From Marinicella sp. (GTDB lineage Bacteria > Pseudomonadota > Gammaproteobacteria > Xanthomonadales > Marinicellaceae), in contig OZ246001.1 in the NCBI GenBank assembly GCA_965230295.1, positions 2,048,001 to 2,112,000 of the forward strand: 64,000 nucleotides of DNA, written 5' to 3'. A program made the position numbers and the translations under genes. Below the pieces are notes generated by a model. It was not told the origin of the DNA, searched no databases, and saw nothing but the letters and a program-made list of their open reading frames with translations. This document shows positions 48,553 through 58,458 of the stretch, piece after piece. Each line of letters begins with the position of its first letter. The stretch's first letter is position 1.

Positions 48553-48891
48553 TCAACAACACCCTTTTTCCTGAAAGGTCTTCAAACGCTTTAAGTCATT
48601 CACAAAAGGTTCTTGCTCGGCCACATGCTGCATGTTCTGTTTCAACAAATCACGCCATTCTGGCGCCATGTCTGGGTTGATCTGGTAATGCACCCATTGG
48701 TCTTTGCGTTCATCCAACACCAGTCCGGCATCACGCAAATACTTAAAGTGGCGAGAAATTCGTGATTGTGGAGCTGCCAGAATTTCCATAAAGTCACAGA
48801 CGCAAAGGCTTTTGCAATGCGATAACAAAAACAAGCAACGCAACCGGGTGGCGTCGCTGAGTGTCTTAAAAAAGTCAGTGGCAGTTAACAT
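48553..48891 (-). CDS. arsR: ArsR/SmtB repressor
   Basis: FKTLSDATRL, LCVCD, QSRISRH, WVHY, terminal CC. Confidence 0.92.
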   Translation of the reverse strand: MLTATDFFKTLSDATRLRCLFLLSHCKSLCVCDFMEILAAPQSRISRHFKYLRDAGLVLDERKDQWVHYQINPDMAPEWRDLLKQNMQHVAEQEPFVNDLKRLKTFQEKGCC

Positions 48892-48898
48892 GGGTGCA

Positions 48899-48927
48899 AT
48901 TGTATATTCGTTTATGCGAATATGCAA
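48899..48927 (-). promoter_or_regulatory. ars promoter with probable ArsR operator
   Basis: TTGCAT-17-TACAAT; palindrome ATATTCG-N6-CGAATAT (48904-48923) fills the spacer. Confidence 0.75.
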
Positions 48928-49005
48928 TAGTTTAGTGTTATTTTATTAATTAAACTTTGGCTTGACTTTATGAGGTTCGTTTTGGCGAAATGACTAATGG
49001 GGACA

Positions 49006-49063
49006 GTCATTGCGAGGAGCTTCGCGACACCCAATCGAGTTGAGCGCAGGCTGTGGCAATCTC
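49006..49063. repeat. GTCATTGCGAG...GCAATCTC REP-like element
   Basis: Same GTCAT...ATC end architecture as the other REP-like units in the window. Confidence 0.55.
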
Positions 49064-49121
49064 ATGAATTTGTCGCTGGCTTTTGAAAACCATAGAGGTC
49101 AGTATGAACCTCAATACGCTT

Positions 49122-49643
49122 TTACTCTTTTAACATTTTAGAAAAAACAATATTCTTATATGATTTCCCATTGACCGAAAAATTTAATTCGCCCACGTTT
49201 TTATAGTCATTTTTTTCATAGAACCTGATGGCCCTGTGATTTTTGATGTAAACGGAAAGCCACATGGTTTCTATTTGTAATTCTTTGGCTTGTTCTTCAA
49301 CGTAAGTGAGCAACTGTTGTCCAATTTTTAAGGGTATAAAATCATTTAAGATAAAAATTCGTTCTAATTGAACCTTATTATCTGAAGCAACGTTTTCCTG
49401 TGCGGCATTGACAACTAACTTTACATAACCCACGGGTAAATCATCTACATAAATAATATAGTAAAGTATATTCGGATCTTTAATATTTTGATCTGTTTTT
49501 AATATCGAAAAATTCTCGTCAAGGTATTTGGGTATATCGTTTTTATCACTGATATACTGACCATGCGATTCGGCCCAAGTTGTTCTGCCTAACAGTGCCA
49601 AAACTTCTTTGTCTTTAACCTTTGCTTTTTGTATTTTAATCAT
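49122..49643 (-). CDS. GNAT acetyltransferase (PaiA-like)
   Basis: LERIFI, KIGQQLL, WLSVYIKNHRAIRFYEK; AT-rich. Confidence 0.85.
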   Translation of the reverse strand: MIKIQKAKVKDKEVLALLGRTTWAESHGQYISDKNDIPKYLDENFSILKTDQNIKDPNILYYIIYVDDLPVGYVKLVVNAAQENVASDNKVQLERIFILNDFIPLKIGQQLLTYVEEQAKELQIETMWLSVYIKNHRAIRFYEKNDYKNVGELNFSVNGKSYKNIVFSKMLKE

Positions 49644-49872
49644 TGTTATTACCTTTTACTTTCAATCTTTTTAAGTGAAATGCATGAAGAAAAACCGCGA
49701 TTGTGCAACCAATTATGATTGGCGTTGCGCCGATTAATGTGCCGTACAAAATGTAGCCAATGTTTGCAATCAGTGAGATTAATCGCAGCTTATATTCGCC
49801 TTTGGCAGACATGGAATATAGATTAATCGCCAAAGCTGTATAGCCAATACCATCAATTAAAACTGGATTCAT
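49636..49872 (-). CDS. Small membrane protein (YgjV-like)
   Basis: Three hydrophobic segments, KLRLISLIAN..YILYG. Confidence 0.55.
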   Translation of the reverse strand: MNPVLIDGIGYTALAINLYSMSAKGEYKLRLISLIANIGYILYGTLIGATPIIIGCTIAVFLHAFHLKRLKVKGNNND

Positions 49873-50011
49873 AGGCTGCCTTTGATGCTTGAAAAATAAT
49901 TTATATGTACTGGCATGACTTTAACTATATTTAGTATAGTTGATATAGTAAGTATATTTATTTAGAATGCAATAACGGTCAAAAATGATAGGTTAATGAA
50001 AACGCGAAAAT

Positions 50012-50353
50012 ATGTATAAATTTAATGAAAAAGAATACCCCTGTACCACCAGTTTAACGATGGGAATCATTGGGGGAAAGTGGAAGGCAGCTATCCTATA
50101 CAACTTGAAGTCTAAACCACTGCGCTACAATGAACTCAGAAAGGAAATGCCCACTGTCACAGAACGCACATTGAGTTTACAGTTAAAAACATTGGAAAAA
50201 GACGGCATCATCAAGCGAAAAGTTTATACCTCGAAACCACCGCTGAAAGTTGAATATTCCTTAACTGAGTTTGGCCAAACATTGATTCCCTTACTGCAAG
50301 CCATTGTGGATTGGGGAAAGTATGCGATTGAGCAAAATGCTGATAAAGATTAG
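50012..50353 (+). CDS. HxlR family transcriptional regulator
   Basis: IGGKWK, LRYNEL, PPLKVEYSLT. Confidence 0.9.
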   Translation: MYKFNEKEYPCTTSLTMGIIGGKWKAAILYNLKSKPLRYNELRKEMPTVTERTLSLQLKTLEKDGIIKRKVYTSKPPLKVEYSLTEFGQTLIPLLQAIVDWGKYAIEQNADKD

Positions 50354-50480
50354 CAGTTTGCCTGAGCGACTCGGCGGGTCAAGCTACTCAGTAGCTTTCC
50401 ACAGTGGATTCTATAGCCTCATGACTTTGGTGAGTTAGAATAAATGGTATCATGGCATACAAGTAACATACGCAGAAGCC

Positions 50481-51266
50481 ATGAATAATCCATTCAAACC
50501 CAGAGTCGGTGCGGTGATGAGTGCCGATGTTGCCGTACCTCGCCATGATGAGGTGGTGCAATTTTATGCTGAAATCCTGACCACCGGTGACCTGCCACTT
50601 TGGCAGGCCGATTTGATGAACAACCGAGGCACACCGATCATTGGCTTGGGTCCCCAAAGCCCGGATTATGCCGAGCTGCCTTTGCAATGGATGCCACACT
50701 TTCAAGTGTCCGATGTGGCCGCCAGTGCCAAAAAAGCCTTGGATCTCGGCGGCACCGAAGTGATGCATGGTAAGGACGATGAGGGCGACAGCCAATGGGC
50801 CGTGATCCTTGACCCCAATGGCGCAGCCTTTGGACTGATCCCTGTGGTGCCAAATGAAATGGTCCCAGATTATGGTTCTGATGAAGCCGGTGATTTTGGC
50901 CACATTGCCTGGCTCGACTTAACCACACCCAATGCGGAAACCACCCGTGATTTTTACGCGACAGTCATCGGCCTGAAACCAGCAGATGTTAACATGACGG
51001 ATGGTGATGACAGCTATGCTGATTACAACATGCTCGGCAGCGATGACCAGCCAGTTGGTGGCGTCTGCCATGCCCGAGGATGCAATCAGGACTTACCTCC
51101 CGTGTGGCTGATGTACCTACCGGTTGGTGATTTAGCAGCCAGCCTGAAAAAGGTCGAACAAAACCAAGGTCAGGTGATCAAAACTTATGAAAACGATAAC
51201 GGACAAACCACCATGGCCGTGATCCAGGATCCGGTGGGTGCTTATGTGGCTTTGTCGCAAAATTAA
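50481..51266 (+). CDS. Two-domain VOC/glyoxalase family protein
   Basis: WMPHFQV, DPNGAAFG, WLMYLPV, DPVGA. Confidence 0.85.
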   Translation: MNNPFKPRVGAVMSADVAVPRHDEVVQFYAEILTTGDLPLWQADLMNNRGTPIIGLGPQSPDYAELPLQWMPHFQVSDVAASAKKALDLGGTEVMHGKDDEGDSQWAVILDPNGAAFGLIPVVPNEMVPDYGSDEAGDFGHIAWLDLTTPNAETTRDFYATVIGLKPADVNMTDGDDSYADYNMLGSDDQPVGGVCHARGCNQDLPPVWLMYLPVGDLAASLKKVEQNQGQVIKTYENDNGQTTMAVIQDPVGAYVALSQN

Positions 51267-51398
51267 GTTAATGAAAGTCAGAAATCAATGATTTACAATA
51301 AATTATTTGAATTTTGCGTGCATGAAATTACGCCAATATCTTGATAGATGTCAGAGATGCACCATTAATAAGTTGTCAGCAATACAAAGAGACACCGG

Positions 51399-51905
51399 AT
51401 GAAAAGGATCGTTTTAATGGGACTTTTGAGTTTTATTTCTAGTTTGTTCACCACAAGTGTGCACAGTGAACCTGAGATATCTGTGCTCAGTGAGGTTCAA
51501 TCGGATGAAATAAAGGCGATGTCCAAGCAGGGAAAAGGAATAATGGTCAAGTACTTAGGGGTGCAGGCCAATTACACCGAAGATGACATTGATCGAGTTG
51601 TTATTATATGGAGGCAATCCGAAAAACCAAATAAAGAAAGTCCAGATGAATTTATTGGAAATCTCGGTGCTTATTTAGGAGAGCTGTTGATAGAAAACCA
51701 CGATTTATCCTGGTGTGTGTATAAAGATGTCCGAGGTAGTGATTACTGCATTACGCATAAAAAAATTGTAGTACATACCTTTCCACATTCGACCGTTTAT
51801 AAAGCGGCTATTGAAGGCAGGGAAAATGCGATTAGAGATGTGTCTAAAGCTCTGCTAGAACAAATCAATGAACATCATGATAATCCTGAAGTTAAAACAC
51901 ATTAA
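51399..51905 (+). CDS. Hypothetical protein (DUF3806-like), cassette-like
   Basis: LGAYLGELL...W....D.RG.D...FP pattern; followed by an attC-like site. Confidence 0.55.
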   Translation: MKRIVLMGLLSFISSLFTTSVHSEPEISVLSEVQSDEIKAMSKQGKGIMVKYLGVQANYTEDDIDRVVIIWRQSEKPNKESPDEFIGNLGAYLGELLIENHDLSWCVYKDVRGSDYCITHKKIVVHTFPHSTVYKAAIEGRENAIRDVSKALLEQINEHHDNPEVKTH

Positions 51906-51908
51906 AAT

Positions 51909-51956
51909 TGCTAACAATTCAAAGCAGTGGATGAACCACTGTTTGAGGCGTTAGGC
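51909..51956 (+). other. Short attC-like site
   Basis: TGCTAACAATTCAAAGCAGTGG-ATGAA-CCACTGTTTGAGGCGTTAGGC: TAAC...GTTRRRY ends with an internal stem. Confidence 0.65.
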
Positions 51957-51974
51957 TCAGATTGAATTCTAAGC

Positions 51975-52475
51975 ATGAGAGAATTTATGGAATTGTCATT
52001 ACGCAAAGCAGAATTGAATGATAAAGAAGTTTTGGAAGGAATAAGGTCAGATTCCTTTGAACCAATATTTGCCTCTTTTAGAAAAATCCTCGGTGAAGAG
52101 ATATATGAGTTAGCTCAAAGACAAGAGGATGAAGAACAGAAAAATATTTTGGCTGGGATGTTTTCAGAAAATTCAACGTGGCAGCTATATGTCGCAGAGC
52201 ACGAGAGCGAGGTTGTCGGGTTTGTATCATTTCAGATTAATGAGCAGACTACAGTAGGTGAGATTGGACTGAATGCCGTAAGGTCAATTCACTCTGGAAA
52301 GGGCGTCGGTACTAGAATGTATGAATTCGCTAATGAGGAAATGAAAAAGGCTGGAATGCGAGTAGCTACTGTAGCCACGGGTGGAGATGAAAGCCATATT
52401 CCCGCAAGGAAGGCTTATGAAAAAGCAGGGTTTGATGTTCAAATTCCTAGTGTATGGTACTGCCGTCTGCTATGA
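51975..52475 (+). CDS. GNAT acetyltransferase, cassette-like
   Basis: GEIGLNAV, GKGVG, TGGDESHIPARKAYEKAGF. Confidence 0.85.
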   Translation: MREFMELSLRKAELNDKEVLEGIRSDSFEPIFASFRKILGEEIYELAQRQEDEEQKNILAGMFSENSTWQLYVAEHESEVVGFVSFQINEQTTVGEIGLNAVRSIHSGKGVGTRMYEFANEEMKKAGMRVATVATGGDESHIPARKAYEKAGFDVQIPSVWYCRLL

Positions 52476-52478
52476 ATA

Positions 52479-52539
52479 GTTTAACAAGCAAAGCCGGAAG
52501 GTCCCGCCTGGTGGTTCGCTTCTGTTTTGAGCATTAAAT
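52479..52539 (+). other. Degenerate attC-like site
   Basis: GTTTAAC (RYYYAAC) just after the stop; ends TTTGAGCATTAAAT (GTT mutated to ATT). Confidence 0.5.
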
Positions 52540-52678
52540 GCGATATAGAGAACGAAGTTATAAGGAATGTTCTTGGGGCTTCCAAATCATCTCATACAGG
52601 GTGTTGTATGACCAATGAAACAGGGTTCAGCATTTAACAAACCAATAAGTTACCACTCTACACATACAGGAGAAATAA

Positions 52679-53074
52679 GTGATTAAGTTCGGGTACACAA
52701 TTGTTTATGTTGCCGATGTGAATGAGGCGTTGTCATTTTTTGAAAATGCCTTTGGTATGAGCCGAAAGTTCGTCACAGAAGAAAATGATTACGGCGAACT
52801 GAGCACAGGAGAAACAACACTTTCATTCGCATCTCACGAGCTTGGTCGCTCAAATTTTAAAGGTGGTTACGTCAGCGGATCCGATTCAGACCAGCCATTG
52901 GGTACGGAAATCGCATTGGTAACTGCTGATGTCAACACAGCTCACTCATCTGCGCTAAAGCACGGCGCTTCTGAGCTAAAAGCTCCGGAAGAAAAGCCTT
53001 GGGGGCAAGTGGTTTCTTATGTACGTTGTCCATCGGGTATATTATTAGAACTGTGTACACCGATAACAGGCTAA
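52679..53074 (+). CDS. VOC/glyoxalase family protein
   Basis: YTIVYV, YGEL.TG, KPWGQVVSYVR; AGGAG SD. Confidence 0.88.
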   Translation: MIKFGYTIVYVADVNEALSFFENAFGMSRKFVTEENDYGELSTGETTLSFASHELGRSNFKGGYVSGSDSDQPLGTEIALVTADVNTAHSSALKHGASELKAPEEKPWGQVVSYVRCPSGILLELCTPITG

Positions 53075-53155
53075 GTTCTGGCAAGGCCAAATCAACCGCA
53101 AATAATGTGGGCTGGAAATGCTAAGGCGCACCTTAGCTTGTGGATTTAATCGACC

Positions 53156-53455
53156 ATGAATACCCAGAAGCCAAATACACCACTTTCAGGATATCTATTT
53201 ACTTTTACCAGTGCAATTCTCTGTGTCCTGTCTTTATTGGATGGTGATTCGAGAATTAACAACACAGCTTCTTTTGTGTTTCATTCACACAGTCCGGTGC
53301 TGTTAATTGTATTCATAAATTTGTTGGGCGTCATTTGGGTGGTGTTAACTGCATACTTTGTCATCAGTGGTAAAAGGGTTGTGGGTCTTGTCGAAAAGTG
53401 TCAGCTTGGTTTTTATCTCTTCACATGGTGTCTTATGTTTTATTTGTATTATTGA
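53156..53455 (+). CDS. Hypothetical membrane protein
   Basis: 99-aa ORF with three hydrophobic segments. Confidence 0.45.
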   Translation: MNTQKPNTPLSGYLFTFTSAILCVLSLLDGDSRINNTASFVFHSHSPVLLIVFINLLGVIWVVLTAYFVISGKRVVGLVEKCQLGFYLFTWCLMFYLYY

Positions 53456-53591
53456 AGTGAGTTTGAAAGATGAAACATCTGAGTTAAAGTTCATGAACAC
53501 AAATAAATGATGTTGGTTCCAGTTCTGTTATGATGGTTACATCAGTTTGTCGTTCAACGGTAACCCACTCTTTGATATCAGGAGACCCCAT

Positions 53592-54374
53592 ATGAAACAA
53601 TTGGCAATCACTCTATTGGCGGCAGTATTTGCCCTCACCAATTCAAATTGTGTCAGTGCTGAAGTCACTGAGAAAGCCATCACTTTGCCCAATGACCTGG
53701 GCACAGCCACCTTATACAGCAACCCAAAGGTTGACGGCTCTGATACCGGTATTATCGTGGTGCATGAATGGTGGGGCTTGAATCAATATGCCAAAGATCG
53801 GGCCAAAATGCTGGCTGAGGCCGGACACACCGCAATCGCTGTGGACATGTATGGTCACGGCAAAGTCGCTGAACACCCGGAGGATGCTCAAGGTTTTATG
53901 CAAGCCGCCATGGCCAATCCTGAGTTGGTCACTGCTCGATTCAATGCGGCCAAAGACATTTTGAGGGGACAAAAGCAAGTGAATGCTGAGCGAATTTATG
54001 CCATGGGCTACTGTTTTGGTGGTGCAGTGGTGTTGAACCAGGCCCGCATGGGCAACGATTTGGCTGGGGTCGCCAGTTTTCATGGTAGCTTAAATGCTGC
54101 TGTTGAAGCCAAACCTGGCGCCATCCAAGCCAAAATCATGGTCGCCCATGGTGGTGCAGATCCATTTGTTCCGGCCGAACAGGTGACCGGTTTCGTTCAG
54201 GAAATGTTGTCCTTGGGTGCTGATTTTGAACTCCTCAACTACCCACAAGCCAAACACAGCTTCACCAATCCTGGCGCCACCGAGAAAGGCCAAAAATATG
54301 AATTGCCCTTGGCTTATGATGAACAAGCGGATAAGGCAAGTTGGAAGGCCTTTTTGCAGTTTATTGAGGAATGA
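53592..54374 (+). CDS. Dienelactone hydrolase family protein
   Basis: HEWWG, GYCFGG, HGGAD, HSF; signal peptide; AGGAG SD. Confidence 0.92.
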   Translation: MKQLAITLLAAVFALTNSNCVSAEVTEKAITLPNDLGTATLYSNPKVDGSDTGIIVVHEWWGLNQYAKDRAKMLAEAGHTAIAVDMYGHGKVAEHPEDAQGFMQAAMANPELVTARFNAAKDILRGQKQVNAERIYAMGYCFGGAVVLNQARMGNDLAGVASFHGSLNAAVEAKPGAIQAKIMVAHGGADPFVPAEQVTGFVQEMLSLGADFELLNYPQAKHSFTNPGATEKGQKYELPLAYDEQADKASWKAFLQFIEE

Positions 54375-54429
54375 CACACATTGGCAAAAGATATTTGTTG
54401 GCTGTTAAATGATTCAATGGTGAGTGGAC

Positions 54430-55329
54430 ATGAGTAACACACGCGACTTGGTTGGTTACGGACAACACACACCGAAAAATGTGTGGCCCAATGGTGAACG
54501 ACTCGCGCTGCAGTTCGTGATTAACTATGAGGAAGGCGGTGAGAATTGTATCCTCAATGGTGATCATGCATCCGAGGCGTTCCTTTCTGAAATCATTGGT
54601 GCCAAACCACTTGAAGGCGTTCGACACATGAGCATGGAGTCGATCTATGAATATGGCAGTCGTGCAGGCTTTTGGCGCTTACATCGTTTGTTCACTGAAC
54701 GGGACATACCTGTGACTGTTTATGGGGTGGCAACTGCATTGGAAAAAAACCCGAAAGCAGTGGTTGCGATGCAAGCGGCTGACTGGGAAATAGCCTCGCA
54801 TGGACTTAAGTGGATCAATTACCAAGACATACCTGTGGCTGAAGAACGCCAACATATCCAACAAGCCATTGAGATTCATACCCGCGTCACAGGAGAAAGG
54901 CCGCTGGGCTGGTACACCGGACGAACCAGCCCCCACACCCGGGATTTGGTTCATGAGGCGGGTGGTTTTTTATATGATGCTGACTCTTATGCCGATGACC
55001 TGCCTTATTGGGTGACGGATTATGACAAACCGTATTTGATCATTCCTTATACCCTTGACAACAACGACATGCGTTTTGCTACCAATCAAGGGTTCAATTG
55101 TGGTGACCAGTTTTTCACTTACCTCAAAGACAGTTTCGATGTGCTGTATGCCGAAGGTGCCCAATCGCCTAAAATGATGAGTGTTGGTTTGCACTGTCGT
55201 CTGGTTGGACGTCCCGGTCGGGCAGCCGCATTGATCAAGTTCCTCGATTATGTAAAAGGCTTTACAGACGTGTGGATCACACGCCGTGTAGACATTGCCA
55301 GGCACTGGCATGCCAAACACAAACCCTGA
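54430..55329 (+). CDS. puuE: Allantoinase PuuE (polysaccharide deacetylase fold)
   Basis: RDLVGYG, INYEEGGE, YEYGSRAGFWR, GWYTGR, GLHCRLVGRPGR. Confidence 0.92.
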   Translation: MSNTRDLVGYGQHTPKNVWPNGERLALQFVINYEEGGENCILNGDHASEAFLSEIIGAKPLEGVRHMSMESIYEYGSRAGFWRLHRLFTERDIPVTVYGVATALEKNPKAVVAMQAADWEIASHGLKWINYQDIPVAEERQHIQQAIEIHTRVTGERPLGWYTGRTSPHTRDLVHEAGGFLYDADSYADDLPYWVTDYDKPYLIIPYTLDNNDMRFATNQGFNCGDQFFTYLKDSFDVLYAEGAQSPKMMSVGLHCRLVGRPGRAAALIKFLDYVKGFTDVWITRRVDIARHWHAKHKP

Positions 55330-55372
55330 TTTAAAATATTTTCAACACTGTAGTCTGATAGAATATTAACCC

Positions 55373-55564
55373 ATGAAAAAAGCCATCAATAAATACTGTC
55401 CCCGATCTGGCAAGCCAGTAGCCGAAGACTCATTGACCGAATACCGTGGCCGAGTCGTGGGTTTTTGTAACCCAGGCTGTCGGGATGATTTCGCCAGTGA
55501 TGTCGATGCCAGCCCAAATGACAAGCAATACTTTGATGTGGTGATTAAGGAAACCGAGTCTTGA
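55373..55564 (+). CDS. Small YHS-like protein
   Basis: INKYCPRSGKPV, VGFCNPGCRDDF. Confidence 0.7.
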   Translation: MKKAINKYCPRSGKPVAEDSLTEYRGRVVGFCNPGCRDDFASDVDASPNDKQYFDVVIKETES

Positions 55565-55694
55565 TTCTGTTCCGCATGCCGCATTAAAGGAGAGCACTAC
55601 ACCAAAAGGGGCTTTAAAACAAATGTCTAAACCACCTGTGACTTCTTCCAAGTCGCAAATGACTGAATGAAAAAAATGACCGTAAAGTCTAACC

Positions 55695-56714
55695 ATGATG
55701 AATAAACCAAAATCACTTCAAATCTGTTGTTTTATTTTATTGTTATTATTCAGTTCGGTACTTATTGCCAAGGACCAAGGCGGCCTGAAAGAACGGTCCA
55801 ATAACGTGGCGAAACATGAATTCATAACAGCAGCTGATTCAGAGACACCATTCAGGCCCCGCATCATTGCCTATTACAATTCCAACACCCAACCGATCCT
55901 CAACCAGGCTGAGTACCTGCCTTATACCCATTACATTCTGGCCTTTCTGATTCCTGATGGTCGAGGTGGTGTTAAACCTTCAAAAGATTTGCAGCAGGTG
56001 TTGGCAGACGAAGAAGTGTTGTCACGGATTCAAGCAGCGGGTAAGAAGGTCATGGTCTCGGTCGGTGGTGGCACGGTTACAGGCAAAGATTGGTTACTGA
56101 TGGGTCAAAACGCTGAAGCAGTGGCAGATTCAATTGTTGCGGTTGTGCAGCGATACCATTTGGACGGTGTGGATTTGGATGTCGAGGCGGTCCCTTACAC
56201 CGAGCAAAAAACTTTTCAGCCCTATGCAGATGCGGTGGTTGCACTGACCGGGGTGTTGGCCAAAAGGTTACCCAACAAATACCTGAGCCATGCACCCCAG
56301 CCACCTTACCTCTGTAAACCGGGCAGTTCCGGCGAATGCCCTAAAGATTCACTGTACGCTACCATATTGGCAGCAACAGGAGAACAGATCAGTTGGCTGA
56401 ATATGCAGTATTACAGCAACCCGCCAGTGACCTCTTCAGACATGGATGAGGTTGAGTCCTATGAGTCTATCGTAGAAGGGTGGACTGGTTTCGCTGGACT
56501 GGCGCCTGAGCGATTGGTACTCGGTAAACCGTATTCCACACGGGTCAATGGTTATGAGTCCATGACTGAAGTCAGCAGTAAAATCTTACAACCATTGAGT
56601 AAAAAACATGGCAATAAATTTGGCGGTTTTATGGCCTGGGAATTCAACGAAGATGAAAATGGAGCCTGGGCAGAGGCTGTTCATCAAGCAATTGGAAGTG
56701 ATGTCAATAACTGA
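55695..56714 (+). CDS. Glycoside hydrolase family 18 (chitinase-like)
   Basis: Signal peptide; SVGG, intact DGVDLDVE, MQYY, GFMAW. Confidence 0.9.
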   Translation: MMNKPKSLQICCFILLLLFSSVLIAKDQGGLKERSNNVAKHEFITAADSETPFRPRIIAYYNSNTQPILNQAEYLPYTHYILAFLIPDGRGGVKPSKDLQQVLADEEVLSRIQAAGKKVMVSVGGGTVTGKDWLLMGQNAEAVADSIVAVVQRYHLDGVDLDVEAVPYTEQKTFQPYADAVVALTGVLAKRLPNKYLSHAPQPPYLCKPGSSGECPKDSLYATILAATGEQISWLNMQYYSNPPVTSSDMDEVESYESIVEGWTGFAGLAPERLVLGKPYSTRVNGYESMTEVSSKILQPLSKKHGNKFGGFMAWEFNEDENGAWAEAVHQAIGSDVNN

Positions 56715-56924
56715 AAATAATTCAGAAAATTAATCATTTAAGTAGTACACCAAATAAAAATACTTCGATCATGTGATCATCTGGCTGTTGTGGCGCACTT
56801 CAGCTGGCAATAAACACCAAACCAGGTTGGGTAGATTGGAGTCATCTCCACATCAAAAATATATGGCACAAAATATCCCGGTAATACGTATGAATGGTAT
56901 ATCCATATCATAAAGGTGATAACC

Positions 56925-58169
56925 ATGAAAAATAAAATTGTGTTGCTGATGGCGTTGATGTTGGTGGCTTGGCAGGCACAAGCCCTGACCTTTCAGGCGA
57001 TTGTCTTGTCAGATGAAATTGACAACAATCCAGGCGATGGCGTTTGTGAAATTCCATTTGGCATGAAATTTTGTAGTTTACGAGCCGCTATCATGGAGGC
57101 CAATGCGTTGGGTGGCAGCCACACCATCATGTTAAGCGGCAGTGGTGCTGTTTATGAATTGACTATTTTGGGAGAAGAAACGGGTGGTGTAGCCGGAGAT
57201 TTAAATGTCATTGCGGCTGATATTACCATCATTGGCGCAGGGCCGGGTGAGACCATCATCAATGGTAATAACAACAATCGAATCTTCCATGTATCAAATG
57301 ATGCACAATTGAACTTATTAGATTTAACGCTGACTGGTGGTAGGGCAGCGACTGCCAGTAATTTCAGTGGTGGGGCCATCAGTGTCGACACAGCGGAAGC
57401 AGAAGTTTACATCGAAAATGTTGTTTTTGAAAACAACAGTGCCAATGCCGGTGGTGCGGTACACGCAACTTTTGGAACAGTTCATATTGCCAATTCTTTG
57501 TTGGTGGATAATTTTACCGAAAACCTGGGTTTCACCAATTTAAACGGACCTGCCATTTTTTGTAATAACTGCGAAATGTTTATTGATGGGTCTACATTCA
57601 TGCGCAATGATATGGGCGGCAAAGCCATTGAGATTCACTCTGGCGCCCTATTAATGATGACCAACAGCACCATGACAGACAATGAGGGAGGCGGTGTCCG
57701 TTCACAAAACGGCAACGCCATTATCAGATTCAGTACCTTTGTTTCAGATTCAGCGCAAAACCTGTCTCATTTCAGCTTTGATGGCACCCATTCGATGGAT
57801 GTTGGTCATTCTGTATTATTCACAACACCAGGTGCTTCTGTTGATAACTGCCAAAGTGGCGATAAACCCATTTCGTCTGGTTATAACATCGTCAGTGATG
57901 GCAGCTGTGAGTTTATGTCAGCAGGAGATAATGAAAACACAGATGCCATGTTGAATGCTGTGGGTAGTAATGGCGGTCTGGGGCCCACTTTCTTACCCAT
58001 GACTGGCAGTCCTGTCATTGATCATGTTCCTTTGTCCGAATGCCTGTCTGCAACTGGGCTGACCTTATCGGTGGATCAAAGGGGCGAGATGAGACCCATG
58101 GGTACATCTTGTGATGCAGGCGCTGTAGAAGTTAATTTGGATTATATTTTCACCGATGGTTTTGAGTGA
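56925..58169 (+). CDS. Secreted CSLREA/choice-of-anchor Q beta-helix protein
   Basis: DNNPGDGVC, CSLRAAIMEAN, DQRG..RP...CDAGAVE; ends DYIFTDGFE. Confidence 0.85.
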   Translation: MKNKIVLLMALMLVAWQAQALTFQAIVLSDEIDNNPGDGVCEIPFGMKFCSLRAAIMEANALGGSHTIMLSGSGAVYELTILGEETGGVAGDLNVIAADITIIGAGPGETIINGNNNNRIFHVSNDAQLNLLDLTLTGGRAATASNFSGGAISVDTAEAEVYIENVVFENNSANAGGAVHATFGTVHIANSLLVDNFTENLGFTNLNGPAIFCNNCEMFIDGSTFMRNDMGGKAIEIHSGALLMMTNSTMTDNEGGGVRSQNGNAIIRFSTFVSDSAQNLSHFSFDGTHSMDVGHSVLFTTPGASVDNCQSGDKPISSGYNIVSDGSCEFMSAGDNENTDAMLNAVGSNGGLGPTFLPMTGSPVIDHVPLSECLSATGLTLSVDQRGEMRPMGTSCDAGAVEVNLDYIFTDGFE

Positions 58170-58458
58170 CTTGTGTTGGTTTTGTTGGGGTCCCAATCGA
58201 TTTATTTTGGTGTAAAAAGGTGTGAATTGTCCCTGATACTTAAAAAGGGGGGATGAAATTAAGTAACCAGTTTAGTTGACAATTCACGGTCCGAATTATA
58301 GTTAATAATATGAATTAAGATAGTTTTTCACCTTGAAGTTCACATTTCTTTACAAATGGATGGTGCCACGCAGAAGATTATTGTCTCTCAACACTTTTAT
58401 TTTTCTTGAAGATCACCATGATAATTAATTCTGTCATCTTGCCTATCGAGGAGCTGTT

